Shown here: piece by piece, positions 25,096 through 34,633 of the stretch
Numbering within the stretch: position 1 is the first letter of the stretch
How the letters are laid out: the number at the start of each line of letters is the position of its first letter
NCBI GenBank assembly: GCA_030537155.1
Contig: JAUNOH010000005.1
Span: 22,282 to 86,281 of the forward strand
From: Bacillota bacterium
GTDB taxonomy: Bacteria > Bacillota_I > Bacilli_A > RFN20 > CAG-826
Length of the DNA stretch: 64,000 nucleotides
Direction: 5' to 3'
Position numbers and translations under genes: made by a program
The notes under the pieces: model-generated
What the model was told of the DNA's origin: nothing
Database searches by the model: none
The model's input: the letters and a program-made list of their open reading frames with translations, nothing else

Positions 25096-25956
25096 TCAAT
25101 CGCCTATCTCCTCATAGTAATAGGAATAATCGATGCCTTTCATGAAGACTTCTCGGCTTTCGACATCCTCGCATAGGGCCTGTTTTAATAAGACTTTGAG
25201 TGGTTCGGGGTTCAGGGGGCTTTTTTCCATCGCGCGAAGGTACTCCTCTTTGCCAATCTTCGACCAGTCTATGCAGGAGGATAACCCCCTCTTCAGCATT
25301 TGATCAAGCCAGATTCGCGTCGCCCTCCCATTCCCCTCCATAAAGGGGTGGGCGACATTCATCTCCACATATTTATCGACGATTTCCTCAAAACTTCCTT
25401 CCCCCATCGCTTCTATTTTTGCCAAGGCGTTTGGAAGAGAATCCCAGGAGGCGAAAAGAAACCCGCCCTTCGAGATATTTTTATCCCTGACCTTTCCGGC
25501 AAACGGATATAGTCCAGCGAAAAGGTAGGAATGAATCTGTCTTAATCCCTTGACGGTACCAATTTCAAAATCATTCAGCAAATCTCCCTCATATAGCGCA
25601 AGCGCCCTTTGTTTGGATCTCTCATCTAAAGGGGAGGAACCACCCCTAACCCATTCCCTAAGGGAATCGCGGTCTTTAAGCGGGATGAGATAAAGCGTTT
25701 CCGAAACCCCCGTTTCATCCAGCAGATCGCTTTGATACGCCTTTCCATCGGAAGCGGTGAGTTTTCCTTGATAAGTCATTCCGGCCAACTGGGGATGGCG
25801 CCTCTTCAAAGCATTCCAATATAGCCTCGGGTTACTTGAATCGACAAAGGCTTTGATCAAGTCAACAGCCGAGTAGAGGTAAAGCGATCTCCCATCATCC
25901 CAAAGGGCGCGAACCGGGGTCTTCCCAAAGTAGCGGATTGAGGTCTTTTTCTTCAT
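25096..25956 (-). CDS. Fic-family protein with an N-terminal Bro-N/RhuM-like region
   Basis: Canonical Fic motif HPFMEGNGRATR. The N-terminal ~95 aa (IRYFGKTPVRALWDDGRSLYLYSAVDLIKAF) resembles Bro-N/RhuM DNA-binding modules. Confidence 0.8.
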   Translation of the reverse strand: MKKKTSIRYFGKTPVRALWDDGRSLYLYSAVDLIKAFVDSSNPRLYWNALKRRHPQLAGMTYQGKLTASDGKAYQSDLLDETGVSETLYLIPLKDRDSLREWVRGGSSPLDERSKQRALALYEGDLLNDFEIGTVKGLRQIHSYLFAGLYPFAGKVRDKNISKGGFLFASWDSLPNALAKIEAMGEGSFEEIVDKYVEMNVAHPFMEGNGRATRIWLDQMLKRGLSSCIDWSKIGKEEYLRAMEKSPLNPEPLKVLLKQALCEDVESREVFMKGIDYSYYYEEIGD

Positions 25957-26020
25957 AGAAAAATTATACCATCGTGCTCAGTTGTATACAATTTGTAAAC
26001 AACTGAAGAAGATACAAAAA

Positions 26021-26046
26021 AGCCGTCTGGATCGATCCAAACGGCT
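26021..26046. terminator. bidirectional hairpin after the LacI-family gene
   Basis: AGCCGTCTGGATC/GATCCAAACGGCT, flanked by A6 and T7 runs. Confidence 0.6.
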
Positions 26047-26052
26047 ATTTTT

Positions 26053-27063
26053 TTACATCCCTAATGGTTTGGTGGAGCCGCGGTAGACGAGCTCGGCGTC
26101 GAAGTGGTTTAGCTTATCCACGAGGTTCTGGCCGATGAGGTCGACGAGCATGTACATGGCCCTTTTGCCGACATCGGACATATTGATGTGGAAGGCCGTC
26201 ATCTGGGGACGGAAGATGTAGGAGTATTTGGTGCCGACTAAGGAAACGACCTCGATGTCCTCGGGGACTTTAAGCCCGGAGTCGGTGGCCGCGTTCATGA
26301 CGGCCGCGGCGATCGAGTCGCGATAGGCGATGTAGAAGCCGGTTTTGGTATTCTGGAAGATGTCCCTGAATTCCTGATATGTCCTGGTGTAGGAGTCATC
26401 CGCGTTGATGATGCGGTATTCCTTGCCCAGCTCCTCCATCTTCTTGATGAAGGCTTTCTCGCAGGCCGAGAGGAGTTGGCCGCAATTATGGACGTGGAGG
26501 AAGGACATGCTGCCCTGATACCCATCGGCATAACGATCCTCGATGGCCTTGGAGAGGGCCTTATCATAGTCGAAGTAGATGCCCCCGACCCTATCGGAGG
26601 TGAACTTGGAGTTGATGACGATGCTCGGGACGTTATAGGAGGCGATCTTCTCGATGTCGCTCTGGTTGAGCTCGTCGTCAAAGACGATGGCCCCGTCGAC
26701 GTGGGAGGAGATGACCTTCTCGATCTGGTTGATGGCCTCCTCCTTGGAGTGGCTGGTGGTGAACAGGGTGATCTGGAACCCCTTCTCCTTGGCCACGTCG
26801 GTGATGCCGTTGAGCATATTGGAGAGGTAGACGTAGTTGGCCGAGGGGATGATGACCCCGATGTTGGTGGTTTTGTTGGTGGCCAAAGCCTGAGCCAAGC
26901 CCGAGGGGCGGTAGCCAAGGCGCTGAATGGTCTCCTCGACCTTCTTCCTGGTGGCCTCGGTGACGTTGCCCTGATGGTTGATGACGCGGCTGACGGTGGC
27001 TAGTGAAACCCCGGCGGCTTGGGCGACCTGATAGATCGTCACGCGATCCTTTAGATTATTCAT
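26053..27063 (-). CDS. LacI-family transcriptional regulator
   Basis: N-terminal HTH TIYQVAQAAGVSLATVSRVINHQGNV plus a periplasmic-binding-protein-like core. A GGAGGA RBS is present. Confidence 0.9.
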   Translation of the reverse strand: MNNLKDRVTIYQVAQAAGVSLATVSRVINHQGNVTEATRKKVEETIQRLGYRPSGLAQALATNKTTNIGVIIPSANYVYLSNMLNGITDVAKEKGFQITLFTTSHSKEEAINQIEKVISSHVDGAIVFDDELNQSDIEKIASYNVPSIVINSKFTSDRVGGIYFDYDKALSKAIEDRYADGYQGSMSFLHVHNCGQLLSACEKAFIKKMEELGKEYRIINADDSYTRTYQEFRDIFQNTKTGFYIAYRDSIAAAVMNAATDSGLKVPEDIEVVSLVGTKYSYIFRPQMTAFHINMSDVGKRAMYMLVDLIGQNLVDKLNHFDAELVYRGSTKPLGM

Positions 27064-27132
27064 AATCTGTCCTCCTAAAGAATTCCTATCTCTTTAGCAC
27101 CCCCATTTTATGAAAAGTTTTTCTTTTTGCAA

Positions 27133-27146
27133 TGAAAATGCTTTCA
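27133..27146. promoter_or_regulatory. LacI/cre-type palindromic operator upstream of the LacI gene
   Basis: TGAAAATGCTTTCA (TGAAA-N4-TTTCA), 70 bp upstream of the ATG at 27063. Confidence 0.5.
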
Positions 27147-27343
27147 CAAATTTCAAATTAACGAAAAATTATCGAATTAGTGGATTTTGACGCTGTTTCA
27201 TGTCGTTTTTTCGCCATTTTGTTCCCTTTCATTACCGGTAAAAATGTATTGGTTTTTCAAAGGTTACAGAAAATGGCATTGCGTTGGTTTTCAGACTTTA
27301 TCAAGGCAAAGGCCAATATTATATAAAGAGGATATGCGGCCAA

Positions 27344-27384
27344 AAGAAAAGCCCCACCTCCCGAAATCCGGGATTTGGGGCATT
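27344..27384 (-). terminator. terminator after the SPFH gene
   Basis: GCCCCA..CCCG / CCGGGA..TGGGGC hairpin followed by TTTTCTTTT on the minus strand. Confidence 0.55.
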
Positions 27385-27394
27385 CTTATATTCC

Positions 27395-28357
27395 TTATTC
27401 CTCAGCCGTTTCTTCCGGGACGGGGTCCTTGAGGCTTTCGGCTAAGCCGGCCACGAAGCTACCGGCCTTCTCGAAGCCATAGGGGAGCAATATCTTGGTG
27501 GACTTGCCATCCCCCACTTTCGCCAGGGTCTCGAAGTAACGTAGCCTCAATACCGACTCATCGGCCCCGGCCTCCTTTAAGGATACCAAACCCTCGGCCT
27601 CGGCGTCCCTGACCATCTTGATGCCCTCGGCCTCGGCCTGTTTGGTCTTCAATAGGCTTTCGGCTTCACCTTCGGCCTGGAGGATTTTGGCCTGCTTCTC
27701 ACTCTCGGCGTTGAGGATCATGGATTCCTTCTTACCCTCGGCGATGAGGATGGTCGATTGCTTCTCACCCTCGGCCAAAAGGATCTTCTCCCTCTTTTCA
27801 CGCTCAGCCCGCATCTGGCGTTCCATGGCGTTGCGGATGTCCTGGGGCGGGAGGATGTTTTTCACCTCGACCCTATTGACCTTGATGCCCCAGGGGTCGG
27901 TGGCCTTATCGAGGATCTCCCTCATCTTCTGGTTGATGATGTCGCGCGAGGTGAGGGTGCTGTCCAAATCCAAATCACCGATGATGTTCCTCAGGGTGGT
28001 GGCCGAGAGGTATTCGATGGCCTGGATCGGGTTATTTACGCCATAGGCGTATAGATATGGGTCGGTCACCTGGAAGAAGGTGACGGTGTCGATCTTCATG
28101 GTGACGTTATCCTTGGTGATGACGCTTTGGGGCTCGAAGTCCATCACGTGCTCCTTCATCGAGATCTTGTTGGTGACCCGATCGATGAAGGGGATGAGGA
28201 AATGGATGCCAACTCCCCAGGTGGCGTGGTATTTGCCGAGCCTTTCAACGACATATTTGTCGGTTTGCTTGACGACCCTGACGTTCAGGGCGCAGATGAG
28301 GATGATGAGTACGATGATTACTCCGAATACTAAGATTGCGATTTGCCAGCCTTCCAT
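27395..28357 (-). CDS. SPFH/band-7 (stomatin-like) protein
   Basis: N-terminal TM, an SPFH core and a charged coiled-coil tail. It is paired with the upstream NfeD gene. Confidence 0.85.
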   Translation of the reverse strand: MEGWQIAILVFGVIIVLIILICALNVRVVKQTDKYVVERLGKYHATWGVGIHFLIPFIDRVTNKISMKEHVMDFEPQSVITKDNVTMKIDTVTFFQVTDPYLYAYGVNNPIQAIEYLSATTLRNIIGDLDLDSTLTSRDIINQKMREILDKATDPWGIKVNRVEVKNILPPQDIRNAMERQMRAEREKREKILLAEGEKQSTILIAEGKKESMILNAESEKQAKILQAEGEAESLLKTKQAEAEGIKMVRDAEAEGLVSLKEAGADESVLRLRYFETLAKVGDGKSTKILLPYGFEKAGSFVAGLAESLKDPVPEETAEE

Positions 28358-28359
28358 GG

Positions 28360-28830
28360 TTATTTTCCCTCCTTATTCTCTATGGGTTTATACGGGCGGA
28401 CGATCAATTTGTTGCCGCTGACGGCGAGGACTTCGACTATGCTCCCCTTCTCGATGACTTCATCCTCCTTCTCGGCGATGGCGGTCCAGCTGACGTCCCC
28501 GATTAAGACGACGCCGCTATGGAGCAGATCAATCCCATCGGTCAACTCACCCTTTTTATGGATGATGGACTCGATGTTCGCGGAGACGACGTCGCGGTTG
28601 AGGTATCTCTTCACGATCGGCCTCAGGCATAGCAACAATGCGCAGGATACGACGGCGAAGACGATGATCTCAATCCACCAGGCCACTCCCTCGATGAAGG
28701 AGAGTATCAGGGAGATGATCGCGCCCCCGGAAAACCAGAGGGAGATAAGATCGGTATCCAAGGCCTCGATTACCAGGGCGATGACGAAGACGGATAGCCA
28801 GATAATCCACATATAGGCGTCGATGGTCAT
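28360..28830 (-). CDS. NfeD-family membrane protein
   Basis: Three TM helices plus a C-terminal OB-like domain (GDVSWTAIAEKEDEVIEKGSIVEVLAVSGNKLIV). The ATG at 28830 forms an ATGA overlap with the upstream stop. Confidence 0.8.
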   Translation of the reverse strand: MTIDAYMWIIWLSVFVIALVIEALDTDLISLWFSGGAIISLILSFIEGVAWWIEIIVFAVVSCALLLCLRPIVKRYLNRDVVSANIESIIHKKGELTDGIDLLHSGVVLIGDVSWTAIAEKEDEVIEKGSIVEVLAVSGNKLIVRPYKPIENKEGK

Positions 28831-29198
28831 TTCTCTTCCTCCTTCGCGTTGATGATCAAGCAATTCCTTTCCGCATCCCAGATCGTCTTTAACTTCAACG
28901 GCTCGCTCTTCAATTCCAGCTTGAGGGCCGAGAGGAGGTTATTGACCAATCCGGTGCTCGAGATGCGTGAATACGAGCTTTTGCGCTTTATCTCGAAGAG
29001 GGTGTGCTCGTCGATATCCCCCCTCAAGACCCGTTCCTTGCTAAGCGGCTCGAGGATCACCATTCCATCATCTATCCCCACCCGCACCCGGTAGGCCTCC
29101 GAGAGGCTCTCACTCGAGACGGTGTTGAAGGTGAGATTGGAGTGGTATATCGAGACGCTTCCGTAACGGGAGATATTGCTCAGCCAATTTACTGCCAT
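28827..29198 (-). CDS. hypothetical protein (first gene of the NfeD/SPFH operon)
   Basis: The ATG at 29198 is preceded by GGAGGT. 123 aa with no motif recognised. Confidence 0.5.
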   Translation of the reverse strand: MAVNWLSNISRYGSVSIYHSNLTFNTVSSESLSEAYRVRVGIDDGMVILEPLSKERVLRGDIDEHTLFEIKRKSSYSRISSTGLVNNLLSALKLELKSEPLKLKTIWDAERNCLIINAKEEEK

Positions 29199-29331
29199 GG
29201 GTTTACCTCCAGTTAGATTATCGGGTCTATTCCAAATAAATTCAAGGAAATTCAAATTAGTTTATTTTTGTGCCAAAACAGGAAAACCCCGATGGATACA
29301 AAAAAAGATGCCCCTTTGGTCGGGGCATCTA

Positions 29332-30438
29332 TCAATTGACGGGATATGGGACTTCAATAAGCCTATCCGAGGGGATATCCTCCCTCCCCTCCTTGGCCTG
29401 ATGGATTCCATCCAATATGACGAGGTCGCCGGTGAAGCCGACGGTGGTATTCACCACCAGATCGCTCCCCACCCCATACATATCGACCGGGACCCCCAAT
29501 TTGGTCCACTCATCGATCTTCTCGGCCGTGAAGCCGCTGGAGACGGTGATCTTGACGTAGCCGAAGCCATTCTCGTCCAACGTCTTCCGAAGGGCGAATA
29601 TCAACTCCTTGCAGACCCCGTGGGGATCGAAGCCGCTGGTATCCTTATCGTCGAAGTAATGGTCGATCAGGGATTTGGAGGTATCGACCCTGATACCCTT
29701 AAGGGTATGGCCGAGGTGCTTGGCCAATATGAGGGCATCCCTGGTGACGTGGTTATGATAATCGATTAAGGCCGTGACCTGCTCATTGGGGTATTCGGCG
29801 TGGTAGATGTCCGCGGCCTTGCAGACGTCGCCCCCGCATATCTGGATGAGGGCGTGCGGCATGGTGCCCATCCCCTTAACCCCGACCCAGGAGCCCTGGG
29901 CGTCGGTGGAGAAGGCCTTTATCCCGGCCACGTAAGAGGCATAGCCATCGCCGGCCTGGGTAAGGTAATCATCCTGCCTATCGGCCATCGAGAAGCAGGC
30001 GGCGCCCCGTAGGGCCTTAACGACCTCGTGGGTGTTGGTGGCCACCGAGCTCCTTCTGGCCAAGATTCCGTCGATTATCGACTCGAGGTAGCCAAAATCC
30101 TCGTAGAGGCCACTTATCTTAAGGACCGGCTCGCCGGAGGAGACGATATCCCCGTCATTCAGGGCGTATATCTTCAGCCTCTCCGGGTGGTTGGCGAATT
30201 TATGGAGGATGGCGATGCATTCGTCGATCCCGCAGACCATCGCCCCATCCTTCCTTTGGAAGAACTGCTCGGTCACGACGTGGCCCGGGGCTTGGTGGGC
30301 GACGATGTTCCGGGATTTGAGGAAGTAGTTCGCGGAGTAATAGCCCTGCCCTATCCTCTCATCCAGCTTGAAGGTTTTATCGGTCAGTCTCTTTATCTTT
30401 CCCTTTTCCTTAAGGGATATCTCTATTTCCTCAGCCAT
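29332..30438 (-). CDS. nicotinate phosphoribosyltransferase-family protein
   Basis: Type II PRTase-like sequence (GTMPHALIQ, IRVDTSKSL). The start at 30438 comes directly after the upstream stop. Confidence 0.7.
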   Translation of the reverse strand: MAEEIEISLKEKGKIKRLTDKTFKLDERIGQGYYSANYFLKSRNIVAHQAPGHVVTEQFFQRKDGAMVCGIDECIAILHKFANHPERLKIYALNDGDIVSSGEPVLKISGLYEDFGYLESIIDGILARRSSVATNTHEVVKALRGAACFSMADRQDDYLTQAGDGYASYVAGIKAFSTDAQGSWVGVKGMGTMPHALIQICGGDVCKAADIYHAEYPNEQVTALIDYHNHVTRDALILAKHLGHTLKGIRVDTSKSLIDHYFDDKDTSGFDPHGVCKELIFALRKTLDENGFGYVKITVSSGFTAEKIDEWTKLGVPVDMYGVGSDLVVNTTVGFTGDLVILDGIHQAKEGREDIPSDRLIEVPYPVN

Positions 30439-30439
30439 C

Positions 30440-31042
30440 TCATTTGCCGTCGAGGAAGAAATCCTCGCCTTTCTGATAGCCTTCGGCGATGAAGGCGCCC
30501 GATAGGTCATCGTTGACCCTGAGCTCCTTCCCCGAGCAGATCTCGGCCTGGTGGCCGATGTTCCTGATTACCGATTCATGGAAGGTGGAGCCATCGAATT
30601 TGATGGTGCCCTCCAAGGCGCACACCAAAAGCGAGCCGACCTCCAGATTCTTATAACGGGAGACGGTCTCCTTCTTGCCGAGGGGGCCGAAGTCCAGACC
30701 GACGATATGGGCCTTCTCATCGAGAGGGTGCTCCTCGAGGGAAACCACCTCCCCCACCTTAAAGCCGGAATCCCGGCAGTATGGGAGTTTGGGTAGCCCG
30801 GCGTTTTCAATCAACGAGTTGAGGGCGTCGATCAGCCGATCGTCGGGGGTGACGATCAGGCCGTGGCTTTTTATCTTGCATAGCTTCTGGAGGTCGAAGA
30901 TGTTGATGCCGATCAGCTCATCGCCCTTATAAAGGGCGGCCAACTGGCCCTTCTTCTCCACCCGATCTGGGGTGGGCTCCATCTTGAAGACGCAGAATAA
31001 GACGTCGCCATTGACATCGTGATCGTAGAATAGCCTGTACAT
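30440..31042 (-). CDS. ytpR: YtpR-family tRNA-binding protein
   Basis: MYRLFYDHDVNGDVLFCVF N-terminus (DUF4479-like) plus a C-terminal tRNA-binding OB (GFKVGEVVSLEEHP). A GGAGGA RBS is present. Confidence 0.7.
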   Translation of the reverse strand: MYRLFYDHDVNGDVLFCVFKMEPTPDRVEKKGQLAALYKGDELIGINIFDLQKLCKIKSHGLIVTPDDRLIDALNSLIENAGLPKLPYCRDSGFKVGEVVSLEEHPLDEKAHIVGLDFGPLGKKETVSRYKNLEVGSLLVCALEGTIKFDGSTFHESVIRNIGHQAEICSGKELRVNDDLSGAFIAEGYQKGEDFFLDGK

Positions 31043-31043
31043 A

Positions 31044-31667
31044 TTAGTTTCCTCCTTTTTTGAGGATGAGCCGCTTGATGGCGACTCCCTGGGAACGGAA
31101 GTTCCGTTCATATTCGCTTTGTTCGTCGTTTTCCCTATCCCCGGGGTAATCGGGGTTATCGTAGACGATTCGGAGGGAGGTTAACGGCACCTCCTCCTTG
31201 CTGAACTCATAGAGCCCGGAGTTATCGGTCTTGATGATGATGGAACCATCATCCTTCAATATCTTGGCCATCTTCTCGAGCCTATTGTGCTCGGTGAGCC
31301 TCCTCTTGCCGTGCTTCTTCTTCGGCCAGGGGTCGGAGAAGTTGAGGTAGATGGCGTCGAATCTCAATCCGGCTATCTCCTCGTAGACCTCATCGAAATC
31401 CCCCAACCTGAGCAGGACGTTAGCGGATTCAGAATCCAATAGCTTCTTGGCCGCGACGGCCAAGACGTCCACCACCTTCTCGATGCCGAGGTAATGGCCA
31501 TCCTGCTTTTTGCTCATCCCAAGGATGAAGTCGCCCTTCCCGATCCCGATTTCCAGATAGAGGCGGGGGTATTCGAAAAAGGGGAGGTTCTGGTCAATAT
31601 GGGGCAGGACGAGTTCGGGATGCTCCCCGACGAAGGGGGAGGTCCATTTCTTCTTCCTGGCCCTCAC
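31044..31667 (-). CDS. trmB: tRNA (guanine46-N7)-methyltransferase
   Basis: LEIGIGKGDF SAM motif and FSDPWPKKKHGKRRL. GTG start in a GTGA overlap. Confidence 0.85.
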   Translation of the reverse strand: MRARKKKWTSPFVGEHPELVLPHIDQNLPFFEYPRLYLEIGIGKGDFILGMSKKQDGHYLGIEKVVDVLAVAAKKLLDSESANVLLRLGDFDEVYEEIAGLRFDAIYLNFSDPWPKKKHGKRRLTEHNRLEKMAKILKDDGSIIIKTDNSGLYEFSKEEVPLTSLRIVYDNPDYPGDRENDEQSEYERNFRSQGVAIKRLILKKGGN

Positions 31668-33034
31668 TTCTTTAATTGCCCCAAGCTGTGGATGGCATCG
31701 GCGTAGATCGCGATTTGGGCGAGGAAGTCGTCGATGTAGATGTATTCGTTGGGCGAGTGGATGTCGCCGGGGTGATCCTTGAAGGCCGAGCCGTAGGCCA
31801 CGCAGTTTTTGGCCTCCTTGGCATAGGTCCCGCCCCCGATGGCCATCGGCTTATCGAACAGCTTCCAGGTCATGCGGCGGTAGGATTTCATGAGGGTCGA
31901 GACGAGGGGTCCCTTCTTATCGTAGAGGAGATAAGGGGCCGAGGTTACTCCCTCGGCGGCCATCTCGGTGGCCTTCTGGAAGTTCTCGATCAGCTTATCC
32001 TTATCGGCCGTCTCGCCATAACGGAAGTCCTCGGTGAAGGAGAGGATGCCGTCCTTGTATTTGATTATGCCGATATTCCAGGTGCTCTTACCCAGTTCGG
32101 GCGATTCGTTGAAGCCATCGAACCCTTTGCCGTTGACGTCGGCCAAGGCCTTGGAGAGCTTGAGCAGGTATTCGTGCTTATAGAATTCGCCGAAGACCTT
32201 GAAGGCCTTGACGGCGGCGTTATCGCCGAGCTCCGGCGTCGAGCCGTGGGCGGTTTTGCCCTTGACGGTCACGATCATGATCGGGCCGGCCTCGTTGACC
32301 TCGACTTCCTTGCTGTCTTTGTAGGCGGCGGCGAATTTCTTATCGGCGGGGATGGTCACCAGCACCTTATCGCAGACGGCGTTGGCCACGAAGCCCCCGT
32401 CGATGGCGATGATGGGCGAGAGGTCGACCTTTCGCTTGGCCAAGAAGTGGGAGATCCCCTTCTCGGCGTAGATTAAGGGGAATTCGGCGTCCGGGGTGAA
32501 GCCATAGTCGCTATCGGGCTTATTGAGGGAGTGGAAATAATGCTCCAGGCAGCTGGAGCCCCGCTCCTCGTCGCCACCGGCGACCAGGCGGACGCGGTAG
32601 TTCTTGATGAGGCCATTATCTTTCAATAGCTTAACGGCATATAAGGCGGCGATGAGGGGTCCCTTGTCGTCGCTCGTTCCCCTGCCCCACATGATGCGGT
32701 TTTTGCCCTCGCCGGTGATTTTGGCGCCAAAGGGCGGGTTATCCCATTTGCCGGAGACGGGCACGACGTCGCTATGGGCGTAGATGCCGATGAGGGGGCC
32801 ATTACCCTCCCCGAAGCTCAATTCGGTGCAATATCCTTCGCAGGTATCGACCTCAAAGCCGTAATCCTTTCCTAATTTGGCCACGTAGTCGAGGGCGGAT
32901 TTGACGCCCTTCCCATAGGGGGCTCCCTCCCCGATCGTGGTCGGGTCATACACCGACTCGCGGTGAACCAATTCCTGCAGGGCGAGGATGGCGTTATGCT
33001 CATACACCTTCGCCAATTTCTTGAAGTTAGGCAT
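31664..33034 (-). CDS. M20-family dipeptidase (PepV/Sapep-like)
   Basis: HSDVVP and GRGTSDDKGP motifs. The ATG at 33034 is preferred over the track start at 33058. Confidence 0.85.
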   Translation of the reverse strand: MPNFKKLAKVYEHNAILALQELVHRESVYDPTTIGEGAPYGKGVKSALDYVAKLGKDYGFEVDTCEGYCTELSFGEGNGPLIGIYAHSDVVPVSGKWDNPPFGAKITGEGKNRIMWGRGTSDDKGPLIAALYAVKLLKDNGLIKNYRVRLVAGGDEERGSSCLEHYFHSLNKPDSDYGFTPDAEFPLIYAEKGISHFLAKRKVDLSPIIAIDGGFVANAVCDKVLVTIPADKKFAAAYKDSKEVEVNEAGPIMIVTVKGKTAHGSTPELGDNAAVKAFKVFGEFYKHEYLLKLSKALADVNGKGFDGFNESPELGKSTWNIGIIKYKDGILSFTEDFRYGETADKDKLIENFQKATEMAAEGVTSAPYLLYDKKGPLVSTLMKSYRRMTWKLFDKPMAIGGGTYAKEAKNCVAYGSAFKDHPGDIHSPNEYIYIDDFLAQIAIYADAIHSLGQLKK

Positions 33035-33794
33035 TTTCTCTCTCCTTATCTTTACCAAGTTTCCTATTTCTCATAACCAAGTTCGGCCAACCGTTGGGTA
33101 TGGCTTTGCTAAGAACCAAATTGAGGCTCGGGACGAAGAGGGCGGCCAAAACCGCCTCGCCGAGGGCCCCGAGGGCCGTGACGGCTAATGCCGTCATTCC
33201 GATGGCATTCACCCCGTCGCCGAATAGCCATTGCCATAGCCAGTCGACCGTGTCGGCGGTGAATAGGTATATGCAGCCAAACACCAAGACGGTGTGGAGC
33301 ATGGTTAGTAGCAGGCTCGAGACGACTAGCATCGTCTTCCCGACCCCTTTTTTCTTAATGCGGTAAATCGCCTCATAAACCAACCCGGCGGCCAAGCCGA
33401 ATAAAAGGCGCGGGATGATGGCGATGGCCGGGTTCTGGAAGAGGATATCGAAGGCCGAGGTGGCGGCCATCAGGGCCCTGATCCAGCAAAGTAGTCCAAA
33501 CAGGAAGCCATAGAGGGCTCCCCTCTTCCAACCCATTAACGAGGCGCCAAGTAGCACCGGTAGATGGAGAAGCGTGAAGGTTATGACCCCGGAGAATATC
33601 GATAGATAGCCTAGATTGGGCACGAAGGTCATCACGGCGATCAGGCCCACGAAGATGGCGTCCTTGGCCATATTCCTTATCTGGGTGCGGGTATCGATTT
33701 CCCTATGGAAATAGGCGCGGTATAAAAGCGCCCCGCCCAACAAGGAGACGATGGCGAATAGCAAAAAGAAGAATACAACCAAATTAGCGTTCAT
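33027..33794 (-). CDS. ECF-transporter S component (candidate pantothenate-specific PanT)
   Basis: ~6-TM protein overlapping the 3' end of coaX. The specificity is inferred from context only. Confidence 0.55.
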   Translation of the reverse strand: MNANLVVFFFLLFAIVSLLGGALLYRAYFHREIDTRTQIRNMAKDAIFVGLIAVMTFVPNLGYLSIFSGVITFTLLHLPVLLGASLMGWKRGALYGFLFGLLCWIRALMAATSAFDILFQNPAIAIIPRLLFGLAAGLVYEAIYRIKKKGVGKTMLVVSSLLLTMLHTVLVFGCIYLFTADTVDWLWQWLFGDGVNAIGMTALAVTALGALGEAVLAALFVPSLNLVLSKAIPNGWPNLVMRNRKLGKDKERENA

Positions 33795-34557
33795 CTTCGA
33801 AACCGCCCTCATAGATGACCCTGAGGCCATCGAGGATCAGATATTCATCATGGGTAAAGCTCGGGAGCAAGGGGGCGCAATAGGCGGCGTTCCCGCCGGT
33901 TATGACGCGAGTGAGGGGGTAGCCGACCTCCTTCTCGAATTGCTCGGCCAAGCCCCGAATCATGAAGCAGCTCCCATAGACGATGCCGGATAGCAGGCAC
34001 TCCTCGGTGTTTTTCCCCACCGCCTTTGCGGGGGTTTTTAGGGGGATTTCGGGGAGGGCGGCCGTCTTTTCCTTCAAGGCCTTGCCGGACATCTGGACGC
34101 CCGGGGCGATGGATAGCCCGGCGAAGGCGCCTTCGTTGTCGATTAAGATCAATTTGCTGGCGGTGCCCAAATCGGCCACCACCGTCATCGGGCCATATTT
34201 GGCCAATGCCCCGACCGCGTCGGCGATGATGTCGCTTCCGACTTCCTTGGGGTTATCGATATCGAGCTTGAGGTTGCCGCGATAATCAGGCGAGACGTAT
34301 TTGGGGTAGATGTCGAGGGTCTCGAAGACGATCTTGCCCCAGACGGCGCCCAAAGGCGGGACGACGGAGGAGATGATGCAGCCGTTGAGGGACTCGCTAT
34401 TGAAGTGGCGCTCCTCCAGCCATTTGACGAAACGGTGTTGGAAGGCGGCCTGGGGGCGATAGAGGTCGCTCTCGATCTTGAGGGTGGCCAAAAGGGCGCT
34501 CCCCTGGTAGACGCCAAGGCAGGTTAGGGTGTTCCCGATATCGATGGTCAGTAGCAT
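33784..34557 (-). CDS. coaX: type III pantothenate kinase
   Basis: MLLTIDIGNT... and the ADLGTA and GGNA motifs of the CoaX/ASKHA fold. Confidence 0.9.
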   Translation of the reverse strand: MLLTIDIGNTLTCLGVYQGSALLATLKIESDLYRPQAAFQHRFVKWLEERHFNSESLNGCIISSVVPPLGAVWGKIVFETLDIYPKYVSPDYRGNLKLDIDNPKEVGSDIIADAVGALAKYGPMTVVADLGTASKLILIDNEGAFAGLSIAPGVQMSGKALKEKTAALPEIPLKTPAKAVGKNTEECLLSGIVYGSCFMIRGLAEQFEKEVGYPLTRVITGGNAAYCAPLLPSFTHDEYLILDGLRVIYEGGFEDER

Positions 34558-34633
34558 AAAATCGTGTTATGACGACTTTTTTAAAGTCGCATATATGATA
34601 AAAACAAAATGCGACACTTACAAACAAAAGCGC

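Noticed and set aside
24838-25176. A 112-aa plus-strand ORF in the gap before Fic.
   Set aside because: It overlaps the Fic 3' end by ~80 nt on the opposite strand. It has no RBS and no recognisable motif, and its codon usage is unlike either the core or the island genes.
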